Origin: Trichoplax adhaerens
Taxonomy: Eukaryota > Animalia > Placozoa
Assembly: GCF_000150275.1 (NCBI RefSeq)
Contig: NW_002060944.1
Span: forward strand, 8,198,735-8,262,734
DNA: 64,000 nucleotides
Reading direction: 5' to 3'
The notes beneath the pieces are model-generated. The model was not told the DNA's origin, did no database searches, and saw only the letters and a program-made list of their open reading frames with translations. Position numbers and translations under genes: made by a program. Numbering within the stretch: the first letter of the stretch is position 1; each line of letters starts with the position of its first letter. Below, one piece after another: positions 1 to 13,090 of the stretch.

Positions 1-1149
1 CAAATGTGAACAAATTGGGAATAGCTTCACGAATACTAGACACTTTTTGTTGATAGCTAAACTTCGACACCACGACATTACCATAAGGAGTGACTACTAC
101 TACCGTTCTACTTGATATCATTTTAATTAAATTTTAAAATTATCATGTCTAAACATTGTATTTTACAATAATAAAAATTGAAATAAAAAACTATTAAAAT
201 ATTCTTTCCTAATCGTCTCGCAATTACTGTTGATGAGTATGCATGATATCGTTTCATAGACATAAATTACGACAAGATTGGAGCTGTACTGTAGTAGATC
301 ATTCCCGTCTGCGATAGCTTTTGACTTTGCTGTGACTAATTTTAGCAATCGCATATTGTAATCTTGCCAAGTAGTTGATCTAGTCAAAGAATTGCGTTCC
401 TGTAGGATAGGATTGCAATCTTTTACTACATGCATGCAAAATTACCTTGCTAACTGCAATCGAGTTATACGCCTTAATGAATTATAGACGTAAAAGTAGA
501 TGACTAACGGTAGGTAGAAAAATATGTTGGTTTGCATTTAATGCTCAACTGTTTCCTTACTGTCACAAAGCCGAGAAATGCTTTGAATACCTTATAATTT
601 TCTCGACTTAGTAGCTCATAATTAACACATTTCAAATGGAAGCAGTAAAAGTAGTTGCAGGAAATAAGATGATAAACGTTTTCTTTATTCAATTGCTTAC
701 ATAGCCATAACGAAATATCCCAAAACATCCTTCTTCGCCTACCATATATACACTAAAATTTTCTAAAACCATTGATCGATTCATCAAGGCCGTAACTGAA
801 AACTATACCCAATACACAAACAAAAAATCTCCGGTATCATTCCAATTCGATAGTGAAGACTGAGAGGGAAAAAAGAGTTAAAAATTTCCGAACTAAACAT
901 AATTACAGTATTTGTAATGTCGTTTAATAACGAAGGTTGAATAGAATAACTTTAATTTTCTTGATATTTTTCTGCAAATGTTGGTTTGTAAGCCGATCGG
1001 ATTGCCGTAAGAGTTGGATGGCAGACGATGAAATAAAATCGATAGCCAAATACAGTCATGTAACAACGAGTGATACATAAACTGGCATTCATGGCTACTG
1101 TGCAAGATAATAACATTAACCTAAATGCCACTAATAATTCAAATAAACA

Positions 1150-4100
1150 TTAAACAAGATCTTTATCTTCTAAGTAACGATACTCGAAGGTAAAGCCTTC
1201 TTTCTTCCGTTGTTGCCACTTTTCAAAATCGAAATAAACGTAAGTTCCCTAAATTAAAGTTTTGATAACAATAAATTCATGTAGTGAGTACTACAATATG
1301 TATAATAATGTATATATATATACATTAGGCTGATGGAGTTATGAATAGCCTGTCATTTATAAGATTGAATGAACATTCCTCTAGTGTACAGTAAACAGAA
1401 TGAAAGGCAATTCGATTAAAATAGTCTCTGTACCTGTTCGAATTCTTCTGTAATCTGCTTAGGCTCTTCGTGACGTTGAAACCACATCATGTACTTGGTA
1501 TGAAATCTCCATGACAACTTTTTCAAAGCCTTAGCTGCTAAATACTGGGCTCTTGTTCCCTGCAATAGAATACCATGCATTATAATTTGCAAATAAAGCA
1601 AACTGAATAATATACTTCATTCTCGCTTAAATTAATGTACTAACTTCAAGATAGTAAAAGATAAAGAATAACGACTCTGGATGTAAGCGTTGAAAGTACT
1701 CAAAAGAATCTGAATGTGCAGGTGGATTTAGATAATGATACGCTGGGATTGGACATGGATTCTTTGGTAGGTATGTTCTACGAGTATAAGAATTTAGACA
1801 TAGAGTCACAAATATTAATAAAGCCAGTAACCCCTTAAATCAAATAGTTACATATAAAGTGGCCAATTTTTTGAATCAAGATATGTTGCCACCATACCTA
1901 ACACGGTGAGAGTCAATGGGTTGAGGAATATGATGATAAGCCGATTCTAACATTGCAAGTTGATAGCATTTCTCCTTATTTAAAGGTACAGGTCCAAGAG
2001 GAGCAACACCAAGTATAGGTTTCACACTGATATCCGGTAGCATTGAATCAGTTGAACTATCTTCATTAAGTTTTGCTGCACTTACTGGCAAAATACCTGC
2101 AATAAATGAAATAAAAGGCCCCAGTTCATCTATTAAAGCAAAAGTCGCAAGAGTTACGATAAGCATTCTACCATAGTTTACTTACTATTCTCTTGGCCAA
2201 AATCTAAAGGTACATGATTTGTTACTGATGGAGTTGAAGAGCGTGAATTGCTACTAGGTACAGTTGAATTACTTTCTTGTACAGCTTCAACCGCCTGTAA
2301 GATAATATAAATGTTCTATTAATCCCAAATTTATTGCATTATTAGTTTTGTTATGCTTCGATTTCCGTACCTCAAAAGCAGTTCCTTGAAGTTTTGTTAC
2401 GGAAGCAACCGGTGACATAGAAGTCTGCGATAGTGTCGTAGCAGGTTGAGATAAACTCGAACTATTATTATTATTACTATTATTATCGCCAGGTATTCCA
2501 ACTATTGAAGGCGATATCGCCGAGTTAGGAATCGAACCTACTCCAACATTAGAGGAACTCGTCGCACTAGCATAGCTATATACGTTAGTTCTGGTCGTTA
2601 AATTCTCTTCAGATAAATGACGTTGAGGTAGACTAGGTGATGGAGCTGGGGATGCAGAAACAGGTAATGGTGAAGAAGATTCCGACGTTTTGGTCGATTG
2701 CGAACTAGATATGGAAGGGCTATTTTGACCCTCTAAAAATTCTGCAGCATCTACAAAATCAGGATAGTTCTTGTCATATAGAATTCTGTATAGCATGCAG
2801 CATCAAAAGTATTCACGATGTAACAAGTCTATAATATTCGCACCGTAATTGACAGAACTATCTTGTTTTACACCCTGCTTTTTTGCTAATCCACCAGCAA
2901 TTGTTGCATATCCTGTCATCCCGGTTGTTGAAGTCGCTATTGCGGATGTTACAGCACTTTTTGCGTTCGATTCAGAAACTGATGTACCTTTGCTACTAAA
3001 TAATCCAAAATATAAAGCTCATTATAATGTTTTTCTACCTTAGAAAAGTCATGCAATCATGTAGCCAGTAATTATTGTATTATACCTTGATGACATGAGA
3101 TCCTCGCCGTTACTTGAAAGTGGAGTAGAAGCTAGAATTTTGTCGGAAACAACAATTATATTATAATGAAGAGTCGCACAACCTTTCAGAGTCCTCCAAC
3201 ATTATCAGTAATAAGGACTGAGATATAATAGTTCATTTACCATTTGATTTTATCTCGCTTGTGCTTGTGATTGATGCTGTGGTTGTCACTGCTGAAATGA
3301 TAGTCGTTGGAGTTGAGCTTGAAGGAGAAATGGTCGATTTCTGAGATGAACGTTGTCCACCGTTATCTTTCGAATTTCTTCCTTTTTTAGAACCAATCTT
3401 AGAAAAACATTAAAATGGACGGTACGGTATAAATAAATAAAAAAATATGATGACGTACATAACAATTATAATAATAAATTCATAGGTATTATATAAAATT
3501 TAACGACTACTTTAAAAGTAGAAAAATATGATTAAGTTTACATACATCGATAGGATCTGATTTGGCTGGTTTCTTCTTATCGTCTACATCGTACTGCAAT
3601 AGAGTTGGAACGGATTTTAAGAATAATGGCATCGTAACACTCCTTACAATAATTATATTGTACCTGCTTTGAAGGAGTTCCAGAAATTGCTGAAACTGGC
3701 GTTGTCCCTATAATTATTATACATGCATTAATACAATCTTTTAATACCATACATTGTCATGTAATGCTCAAAAATGTAACGAATAAATTATATAGACGTG
3801 CAACCCATATTATCAAATAGAATCTTTGTAAAGAAGATGCAATAGAGAGCTAATTTAATCATAGTAACAAACCATGGCAGAAATTTTACAGTAAAATATA
3901 GATTTTAAAACAGCATTTCACACTAAATAGGTATGCTAACCTTGAGCTACATCATCTAAATTTAAAGCATCATACATGTCTTCATTTTCGATAAAATCAG
4001 GATCCTGTATTATCATAGAATTGAGCGACATTAGATGAAAACTGTAATAATCCTACACCAAGATGCTAACACTAACCTGGCAATCGTTTACATAGTATTC

Positions 4101-7100
4101 GACATCTTCTTGGAGGTCTTGGACCTATTATTAGCGCATAATGGAAAATTATACAGATGGAATGACTATCGAGTAAAGTATTGTGGAATACTATACCGCG
4201 TCTGGGGAAAGCGTATTGTTTTCCAGGAGTCTCATTACTAACTAGTGATAATTAAAAGGTGTAACATTAGAACTGCGTTTACATTAAATCAAAACCGATA
4301 AAGTTAGCCTACTTCCAAATTTGTGATGTGATAGTTATGTTTTTCTACTAGTTCCTTTAAACTCTCGATTCTATCACTCCGCTGTTAGATACACATAGCA
4401 AAAAAGATAGGTAAATAAAAAAAAAATTATACAAAGATCCAAAAACTGAGCTCTATCGTAAAGCATCAACGCTTACTTCCTTGTCCATTTTCTTCTTTTT
4501 CGTTACTGCACTCATTGCTTCAATTTCTGATTCAAATTGATCGACCTGTAAGAGTTGCATATTCAGGGTAAATTAAGTCGATTTAAGAGCAAACGATATG
4601 TTCCACTATAGCAAGAAATTGACAACTATTTTGCTACTTTACCTGTCTTCGGAGGTCGTCAATGGAATTCTGGAGATTCAATACAATACAATGAATATCA
4701 TGTGTATTAATCTCAAAGAGTGCGCAATAAATTGCTCAATATTCAAATGATTCAGTATAATATTCTCCTAAGCCTACCGTTAGCCAGTGCCTAATTTTCA
4801 CCTTTACTTTTTCCATAGGGTCTAGCCTAGTTGTCATACCTAAACCTAATATTAAGCAGAGAAAGAGTAAAGCAAAAGGTATCAGAGTGTGCAAGGATAA
4901 TAGGATTGGTTGGTTATAAAATGGTCGTGGTAAAATTACTAAATATAGATTGATAATAGCAGATTCTATTTTGAATTATGATATAAACAATATACTCGCA
5001 ACTCGAACTATGGTATTAAGGCAAAAAAAGCTTCACGTAAATACTCAGTTATGTACCTTCTTTAGAATATGCTTTAGTTTTTGTTTCTCTCTCCACTACC
5101 TTAAATCTCTCCATTTGCTAGGTAAATAATTCAAATAGGGGTGGATGAATTCATTATTTCAATGATTCGTATCGCTTATAGTCAGTCAAGGGAAAAAGGC
5201 TTTGAAAGACCAAGCAGTTATGATTGATTTGTTAAAATGAGAAATACCTGTTCAATTAATTTTCGGTAGTCGAGTAAATGCTTTTTATCTTTGACATCAT
5301 TGGATGATAACCAACTTTTCAGTTGATCTCGATGTCGCTGTATAGGTGGTAAATAAAATAAGTCATTGATTAACAATCAATTTCAGAAAGACATTGAAAT
5401 AAAAAATTTCACGAGCAAGTCGCTTACCTGCAATTTTTTAATTTCTTTCTTTAAATCTGCCTCATACTTTTCTTTCTGATTGGTATTGCTGGCATTATTT
5501 AACTACAAGTCCGCAATAAATAATAATTATGTTCTAATTCATTATATCATGCTGGATTGCTTAAGGTAGTCAAAGCATTGATGATATATGTTTGATGTAC
5601 ATCACAACAGCCGATGAGTGTGACGACACAAAAATGTTGCGAAATTCACTCACTGCCATCCCATGCGAGAAAGAGTTAAAGCAAAGAGAATGTTTTATGG
5701 CAATACTTTTATAATCAATTTTAGTATATTATCCATGCATATATCATACTGTAGACTATTCAATCGGTAAATATTATCATTCATTTTATCGTTGGCAAAT
5801 GCAATTTTTTTTCAAATACTGAGAAAATTAGATCATTTATTGCAAAGTTTTAATTGTTATTCTTTAATTATTTCTTGAATAGGATTCGATTGGAATATAT
5901 TACTATGCCGTAGAATCAACGACAAGGTAAATTATTAAACCGTTATTTCGATTCGATCGTATTATGAAGAGTAAGCGTCTACTACGGGCAAAGTTCTTCT
6001 ATTTCGTTGTCAAGTTCGTAGTTGATGCCTTATTTTTAATATTACTGTACTAGTCCATCATTATGTATGAGAGTATTAAAAGGCGCAGATATACGTACAA
6101 GTACTCGTATAGTAGTATAACAAGGATACTTCCAATCGCCTAAGTAACTGAAATCGCTAGCATTACAGTGATCGCTTGGTCCATTTCAATTAATCATTTC
6201 AGTAGTAAATGTAATTTCAATGGCATGTACAGTTGGCATTTAATGTAAAATTACTAATTACGACACTGAATAGAATCGATTAGTAGTGATTCATAAAGGG
6301 CTATTTTAAAAAAAATTAAATTATACAGTATTGCCGTCTATTCATGCCACCTTCTAGGTTAACTAGTACAAGTATTTGTTTGAAAATTTTGATCTAAAAT
6401 ACTACTTAGCGTGGGCTACAAGATAATCACAGGTGCCCAGACATTATCGTAGTCCCCAATTTCTATTACTCATGGCAGACGGAGCACAATTTAATTATTT
6501 ACGATGGTGAAATTTAGTCAAGAAATAAAATACTGATGAATCGATTCAATGTCGCCAATTACTCGTACCTTTTTCCAGACGTCTTCGAACGTTTCAATAC
6601 CTTCGTTGACTTTTTTAATACAACGGTCAATTTCCACTTGATGATGAAATGATAGAAAGAGAAAGTATAGCAAAAAATGAATAATACGGTCAATACATCG
6701 TATAATATGATTAAAGTCATAATGTAATTCAATTCATAATTTCATCTACAAGACCATTTCCCACCGACGATTGTCGTTACAAATCAAGTAAACGATGTGA
6801 ATATTTTTTTGGTAGACAAGAGTAAAAGACAGTTTTGAGTGAGTGGGCTAATTAATATATATATACGATCTCGTCAAATTAGGGTTAATAGGAAAAGATA
6901 AACTACGCGTGGTGGACAGTTGTTGATATGACGACAGTATAGTAAAATAGTGGTATGGAAAACGCCAAGAAGATGACTGAAGATATTGTAAGGAATGATT
7001 TCCTACAGCGACTTTATTCATTTGCTAATAAGTGAAGGTGAAATTTCATCGACCTCAATGTGTTATCTAAACAAAAATCATGGACTAAAAGATGATTACA

Positions 7101-9102
7101 ACTACTGATCCAACGCCTAGGGAGAGAAAATGGTGGAGCGAGTATGTAGAAGAGATTGATCTGATTGGAAATGTTCTAGTCCAATAATATTACAATTTAG
7201 TAATCATCGAGTACGAGCCAGAGTAAGATAACCATCCATTCTACGGTCATTTGTGACACAATTTAAAACAGTGTAGTCTGTTATCAGGCAGAAAAATGCT
7301 TGGGAAATATTTCTATCGTCCATTTTGGAAGCAGTAGACCTACTCTGATTGTTTATGATTAATGACATGTAGTCGAATAAAAACCTCATTACAGTGGCAT
7401 TTCCTTCAGCAACATTATTTAATTATCATGACGCTGTTTTGACTAGACTCCTTTGGCTTTCAACAGTAAACTGTAATCAAACTCTCCACTGGATGATTGA
7501 ATTGAAGCGTAATAAGTAATCAGGGCTAGTCATACTGTAGTGGATTAGGGTACACATAGACTCAAAAATGCTTTCATTACTCTATTTCATCGTCTTCTTG
7601 TTTATGATTGTAATGAAAGACCCAATACAAAAAAAAAAGTCTCTCTTTTCGTTTTCTCCCTCAATACAGTAGGCTACTATAGTCCATTTGTATCCTTGTA
7701 GCGAGCAATCCATGAAGTCAATACTGTTGGCAGCGTTGTTCACAAATCAATGTTGAATGTTATGGTCAAATGGCGTAACGTTGTCCGCCATCTATCATTT
7801 CCAATGTTGAATAATATTAAATACGGCAATGTCGATGAAGTATGATTTGCCCTAGCTGGACTGTACAGCATGTATTTTCCTAGTGTGTCAAAATAATGTA
7901 GGCTATAACTGAATAAGTACTGATTGGGATGAAAATTTGCACTGTTATAAGCTAGAATATCGAGCAATTGTGGTGTTTCCAAACCGTCATCAGCATGGAT
8001 CAAGTGATCATCTACTGATGGTGGATAGAGCGTGTCATGGGGGTCCAAGCTAGACTGTCTTTCTCTCTTTCCTAACCTGTAATGTAGACTACAGCTGTAG
8101 AAATATCCATTTTCATAGTAAGATTGTCTATTTAGAGTGGATTTATTGTAGACTAGTCCAGTAGTACAACTGGATCGATCGATCAAGTGGTCATCGATGC
8201 TTGATGAAAGGATAAACCCGCTTTAGTTAGAGTGTATTGAACGAGTTCTTTCCTACCGCCGCGTTTGATGTCGATTACAACTCAAGTTATAACAATTGAA
8301 ATCAAAATGATAACCTTGACAAAGGTATGATGGACCAACTAGGATTGTAGAAGAGCTCTTGCCTATCTGCTTCTTCTTCTGAACTGCTTTGATCGTATTC
8401 TTCAATCGTCGATGAGCACCATTGGCAACAAAGAAGCCACTAAGCTGATCACTGGGCCCCGTCGTAGTCCTTGCGTATGACTGACTGCTAGTAGTAGTAC
8501 TATTGGAATACCGTGGACAAGATAGAATGGGGATCCTTTTACTTGGTGTCAAGTTATCTCGCCTAGAATGGATTTTGTTGTAGCGTTGAAGTAGGAAAAC
8601 TACTACCATGTTGTTATACTATGGCTTACGATCATCCACTTGCTTTCCATGTTGCTATTGTAGCGTTGCAAAAGGCCACTGTTTCTCTCTTACTACAGTA
8701 TTATTCTACGGCCAAGCGCAAGCTGACGATGGACTCCTTTCTTTAACAGCTCTTTATCCCCTCATCCACTCGTCGATAGTCCTACTCTTGTTGCCCTATA
8801 ATCTATCATGATACAAGATGCAAACCATGTTGATAGACTGTATAGCTAAGCTACTCCTGTGTGGCAAATGATGCCATGATAAAGTGAACAAGGAGGAGAA
8901 GAGTGGCATCAAGTTATCAACCTCTTGATCATCTCTTCAGTCGACTCTTGCTGTTCAACTAGACCCCTGACCCCTGGCAAGCCAGTATCCCCTTCACTTT
9001 TGTCCATTGTAGATGAAATCGTCTACACTCTCTCCATTAAAATACACCTTGCATCATGATAAACAGTCTCCGCTTACCTTGTAACCTTCTTTTATCTGCC
9101 AT
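1150..9102 (-). CDS. CNOT3: CCR4-NOT complex subunit 3 (multi-exon)
   Basis: Spliced by hand: exon 9078-9102 MADKRRLQ, 6569-6636 [22 protein letters not shown], 5428-5502 [18 protein letters not shown], later [21 protein letters not shown]. An S/T-rich linker precedes the NOT box: [83 protein letters not shown], stop TAA at 1150-1152. Confidence 0.97.
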
Positions 9103-9260
9103 CGCATCCAACTAACCTCTCCTTTAACTTGTCGAACCTGCAGTTGCCAACTTTGTTGACCATACTACTAGACGCCGCTAACCGTACTGTGGCTTGATAG
9201 TCCGATCCGCTTAGACTAGTACTGTATGGGGCTGGTGGGCGACGACGTGATCGCTGCAGT

Positions 9261-9272
9261 CAAGATGGCGTC
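9261..9272 (+). promoter_or_regulatory. YY1-like motif CAAGATGGCGTC in the CNOT3 promoter region
   Basis: Matches the YY1 core AAGATGGCG about 160 bp upstream of the CNOT3 ATG, in a locally GC-richer island. Confidence 0.45.
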
Positions 9273-9616
9273 GAGTACAGTGGAAAGTCTACAGTACAAG
9301 AAGGTGTCGGCGCCTACAGTACAATATACTGTAGGCTAGGGCGCACACTCAGAGTAGTCTGCGCCGTTCAGTACTAAAGATAGACTACTTTATACTGCAC
9401 GCTCGAGTTGGACTGTCGAGTCTGCCACCATCGACATTGCCAAGGGTGGTGGTTGATGTGTTGAAGCCAGTCGATGCCGTTGGCCAAACTGACACTCGAT
9501 TCAACTGCACTTTGACTCTTGTTCTATACAGTATACTACCAGTAACGCTACCACTGGACACGGGGAAGACGAGACTGCGCAGTGCCTTGCACGGTCATTG
9601 TATTGTAATCCATTGT

Positions 9617-9653
9617 AAACCGAAACGGACCGTACCGAACCGAACCGTACCGT
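9617..9653. repeat. ACCGW pentamer microsatellite-like run
   Basis: aaaccgaaacggaccgtaccgaaccgaaccgtaccgt. Confidence 0.75.
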
Positions 9654-9789
9654 CACTGTGATAAAAGCCTAGCTGGGCGGTCAAGGACTGCAGTAATGGG
9701 AAAAGAGAAAGATTCTCTTTTCGACCAGGCGTTGGTTTCTGATCTACAGTATGTTTACAGTAGTAGTCCATGGTACTGCGCAGAGTGGC

Positions 9790-10790
9790 ACAACATTTGC
9801 ATATTCAATTCATGCATTCATGGATGGATAGCAATAGTTAGGGCGACTTGGTTCAACAAGCCAAGAAATCTACAAGCTATCCAAGTATAGCAGTGAAAAC
9901 ACCTTCCTGTAGTTGAGAAGCGCAGCACAGTTCTGCAGTACTGTCCATTGTGAGTGTAGACTCTGCACTAGCATCTATACTGTAATACTATGCTCTAGTA
10001 CACGCAAATGGACTGATGCTCAAAATGCGAGTAGTACAACATTTGCATATTCATTTCATGCATTCATGGATGGATAGCAATAGTTAGGGCGACTTGGTTC
10101 AACAAGCCAAGAAAACTACAAGCTCTCCAAGTATAGCAGTGAAAACACCCTGCTTGAGAAGCGCAGCACAGTTGTAGCAGTTCTGCAGTACTGTACTGTA
10201 CATTGTAAGTGTGGACTCTGCATTAGCATCTATACTGTAATACAAGTAAATGGACGGATGCTCAAAATACGAGTTGCAGAACTCTTGCATATTCAATTCA
10301 TGCATTCATGAATAAATAGCAATAATTAGGACGACTTGATTCAGGAAGCCAAGAAAACTACAAGCTATCCAAGTATAGCAGTGAAAACACCCTCCTGTAC
10401 TTGAGAAGCGCAGCACAGTTCTAGCAGTCTGCAGTACTGTCCATTGTGAGTGTAGACTCTGCACTAGCATCTTTACTGTAGCACTATACTGCGCAGTATA
10501 CTGTACTGTAATACAAGCAAATGGACGGATGCTCAAAATGCGAGTAGCAGAACTCTTGCATATTCAATTCATGCATTCATGAATGAATAGCAGCAATAAT
10601 TAGGGCGACTTGATCGAAGAAAACTACTAGCTAGCTATCCAAGTACGGCAGTGAAAACACCCTCCTGTACTTGAGAAGCGCAGAACAGTTCTAGCAGTCT
10701 ACAATACTGTACTGTAGTACTGTACATTGTGACTGTAGACTCTGCACTGTACAGGACTGTACTAGCAAATAGACTGGATGCCCGTAATGA
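9790..10790. repeat. Tandem array, about 4 copies of a ~245-270 bp unit
   Basis: Units start near 9791, 10037, 10279 and 10550. All share ttgcatattcaattcatgcattcatg...tagggcgacttg...tatccaagtatagcagtgaaaacac...ttgagaagcgcagcacagtt...gactctgcac...aatggac.gatgctcaaaat. Confidence 0.95.
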
Positions 10791-11741
10791 GAGTGTGAGA
10801 GTGAGGTATTGTACCAGCGCCAGCAGACGTTTAAACGCGATGTGGAACTGCTGTCCAAAACTCCCATGTTGAACTAGTCTGCAGCTTTTTTTCATCCAAA
10901 GGTGAAAAAAATCCCTTTCCTCTTTCCATCCACGTGCTCACGTCTCTTTGGCTTTCCTTTTATTGCCTTAGAGTATAGCAACCGCAAATTAGCAAGTATC
11001 CCTTTACTGCTGATGCTACTCTATTCCATGCTAAATAGACCTTAGCTTTGTAGTAAAATCAGTACTCGATCCAAGCTTATCCCCCCAAATGACTCGTCTT
11101 GTTCAACATCTTATCCATCAGGTCGAAGGGCCATCGACTGTACAGTCTACACTAAGAGTGTAGAATGTACATATAGAAGTGTCCGTACAGTGTATATGGC
11201 TGTTTAGGATGGCACTCGAGAGCCTGCTTTAGCACTCTCAAACAGTACCAATTTAGTAAAGTACACTGTATGTATACTTCTTCCTGACTGGACCATGGAC
11301 CCCTGGCTTGTTAACAACTTGCACGGGAGGATTTTCCACTTACAGTCAGTACTGACTGTATCATATTGCTGACATGCAACATCGATGAGAACGCTAAACT
11401 GCAGCTGTACAGTACTTAGCTGTCCCCGTAGATGGACCTCTGCCTTGCTAGTAAACAAATGCCACGATAGACAGACAGTAGACGTACAGAATCATAGATT
11501 TACAACGCCAACTACAACTACTATATGGACGTAGAGAGTGAATTCCTGCTTGCAAGCAAGATGAGAAATAGTGACATTTTAACCCTTCTAATGCTGAGTA
11601 CTATTTTAAGAAGAAATTTTTTCAAAAACGAAGCGATTTTTTAGCTTTAAAACCTTGTAAAAGACTAATTTATAGTGCTAGAACTGCAGGATAACGTCCA
11701 TCTTGTTCGCCATTTTAAATGCTTCTAGTATAAACTGAATT

Positions 11742-11757
11742 GTTTCCATACGGCAAC
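11742..11757. promoter_or_regulatory. RFX X-box-like site (long spacer) upstream of CEP131
   Basis: GTTTCC-ATAC-GGCAAC: two good half-sites, spacer longer than the usual 2 nt. Confidence 0.45.
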
Positions 11758-11955
11758 AAGAAGTCTAAGAGCAACTGCGACAGCGGCTGCGCGACTAATA
11801 AAGGTTAAACTACAGCAGCATTACTCTAGTGGGCAAGATGACAACGCTAACTGCAACTTCCACTTGAACTGTATAGGATTTTATCCATTGCCTTCGCACC
11901 TACAGTATGCCCAGTACCATCGAGAAAATTTGAAAACGTCACGCTTGCGCAATGA

Positions 11956-11969
11956 GTAACCTTGGAAAC
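11956..11969. promoter_or_regulatory. RFX X-box upstream of CEP131
   Basis: GTAACCTTGGAAAC (reverse complement GTTTCCAAGGTTAC), a 14-bp X-box. An NRF1-like ACGCTTGCGCA lies immediately upstream at 11941-11951. Confidence 0.65.
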
Positions 11970-13090
11970 GAAAAATTCCCTCGCCTTGTAACGTATTTTG
12001 ATGATCATTATTCGAGCCGTGGATAGGAGGATATTCTATCACGTTGCAGCTCGATTGCAAGCCAAATAAGGTTGATTATTTTCATGTTGGTGCCAATGCA
12101 ACACCTATTTTAAAACCTATCATTTTTATATCTTATCCAGTACGATCGTTGCTATCCAGTTTACGTTGCTACCCTTGCATACGGACAGTATGCGACCACA
12201 ACGTTGACTGTTGCAAGTGCAGCATCCTGTCGCGCTCATAAAGTAATACATAATGACATAAGCAATCTACAAGAAAACTTACCAATGTTCATACATAATA
12301 ACAATAATAATAACAATCATAGTATATTGCTTGAACCATTATACCGTAGTCAGTACTAGCCTAGGAGAAGCGATTGAAGATACAGTACATCACCTACTCT
12401 CGTGTAATTGTCATCTTAAAGAATTAAATAGTATTAAAGTAATTCAACATACGAGTACAGTCAACAATTCAAGCCGGGCACAACCGCATACTGTAATCGA
12501 TATCCAATTGGATTATTTATATATATCGCCATATATAAACTACAGGAACATCAATAAGTCACTTCCATGGCCTAGGATTGACTATATTTTTATCCGTAGT
12601 AATAACCATCTTGATATGCTATAGAGATAGTATAATACGCTTTGACCTGAATGCATCGTTATAGTAAACAGGTAAAATTGGACGTCAAAAGTTCGATATC
12701 TGCAGTGATCGATTTATATTTAAAATATAGCATGCTCGTAATATCTTTAATTCAATCATTGAGTTATCGCATATCGAATTTTTGTAGCTTAATGATGCAA
12801 GACACTTCCTTTAAAGATACCGCTTTTTTTTTACCGTGATTCTTCAATCTTATTGCTAATTCTTATGACACGATATATCACAAAAATTACATAACGGTCT
12901 TATTCTACTGATTATAAATTCTTAAATTTACAGTACTGTAGTGATATATTCTTCCATAATTGTAATTAATCACGCAACTTTAAACAAATAACGGCTAATC
13001 TTCAATATATGTAGGTGATTAATTCTATTAGGAGCAATACCATCGACTTGTGTCCGTTAAATATCGATAGACTATAGTTGGTCACTCGAC

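Noticed and set aside
7204-8811. ORFs of 61-148 aa inside CNOT3 intron 1
   Set aside because: No domain motifs or consistent splicing; compatible with chance ORFs.
10099-10895. Three similar minus-strand ORFs
   Set aside because: Translations of the 250-bp repeat; frames are not preserved between units.
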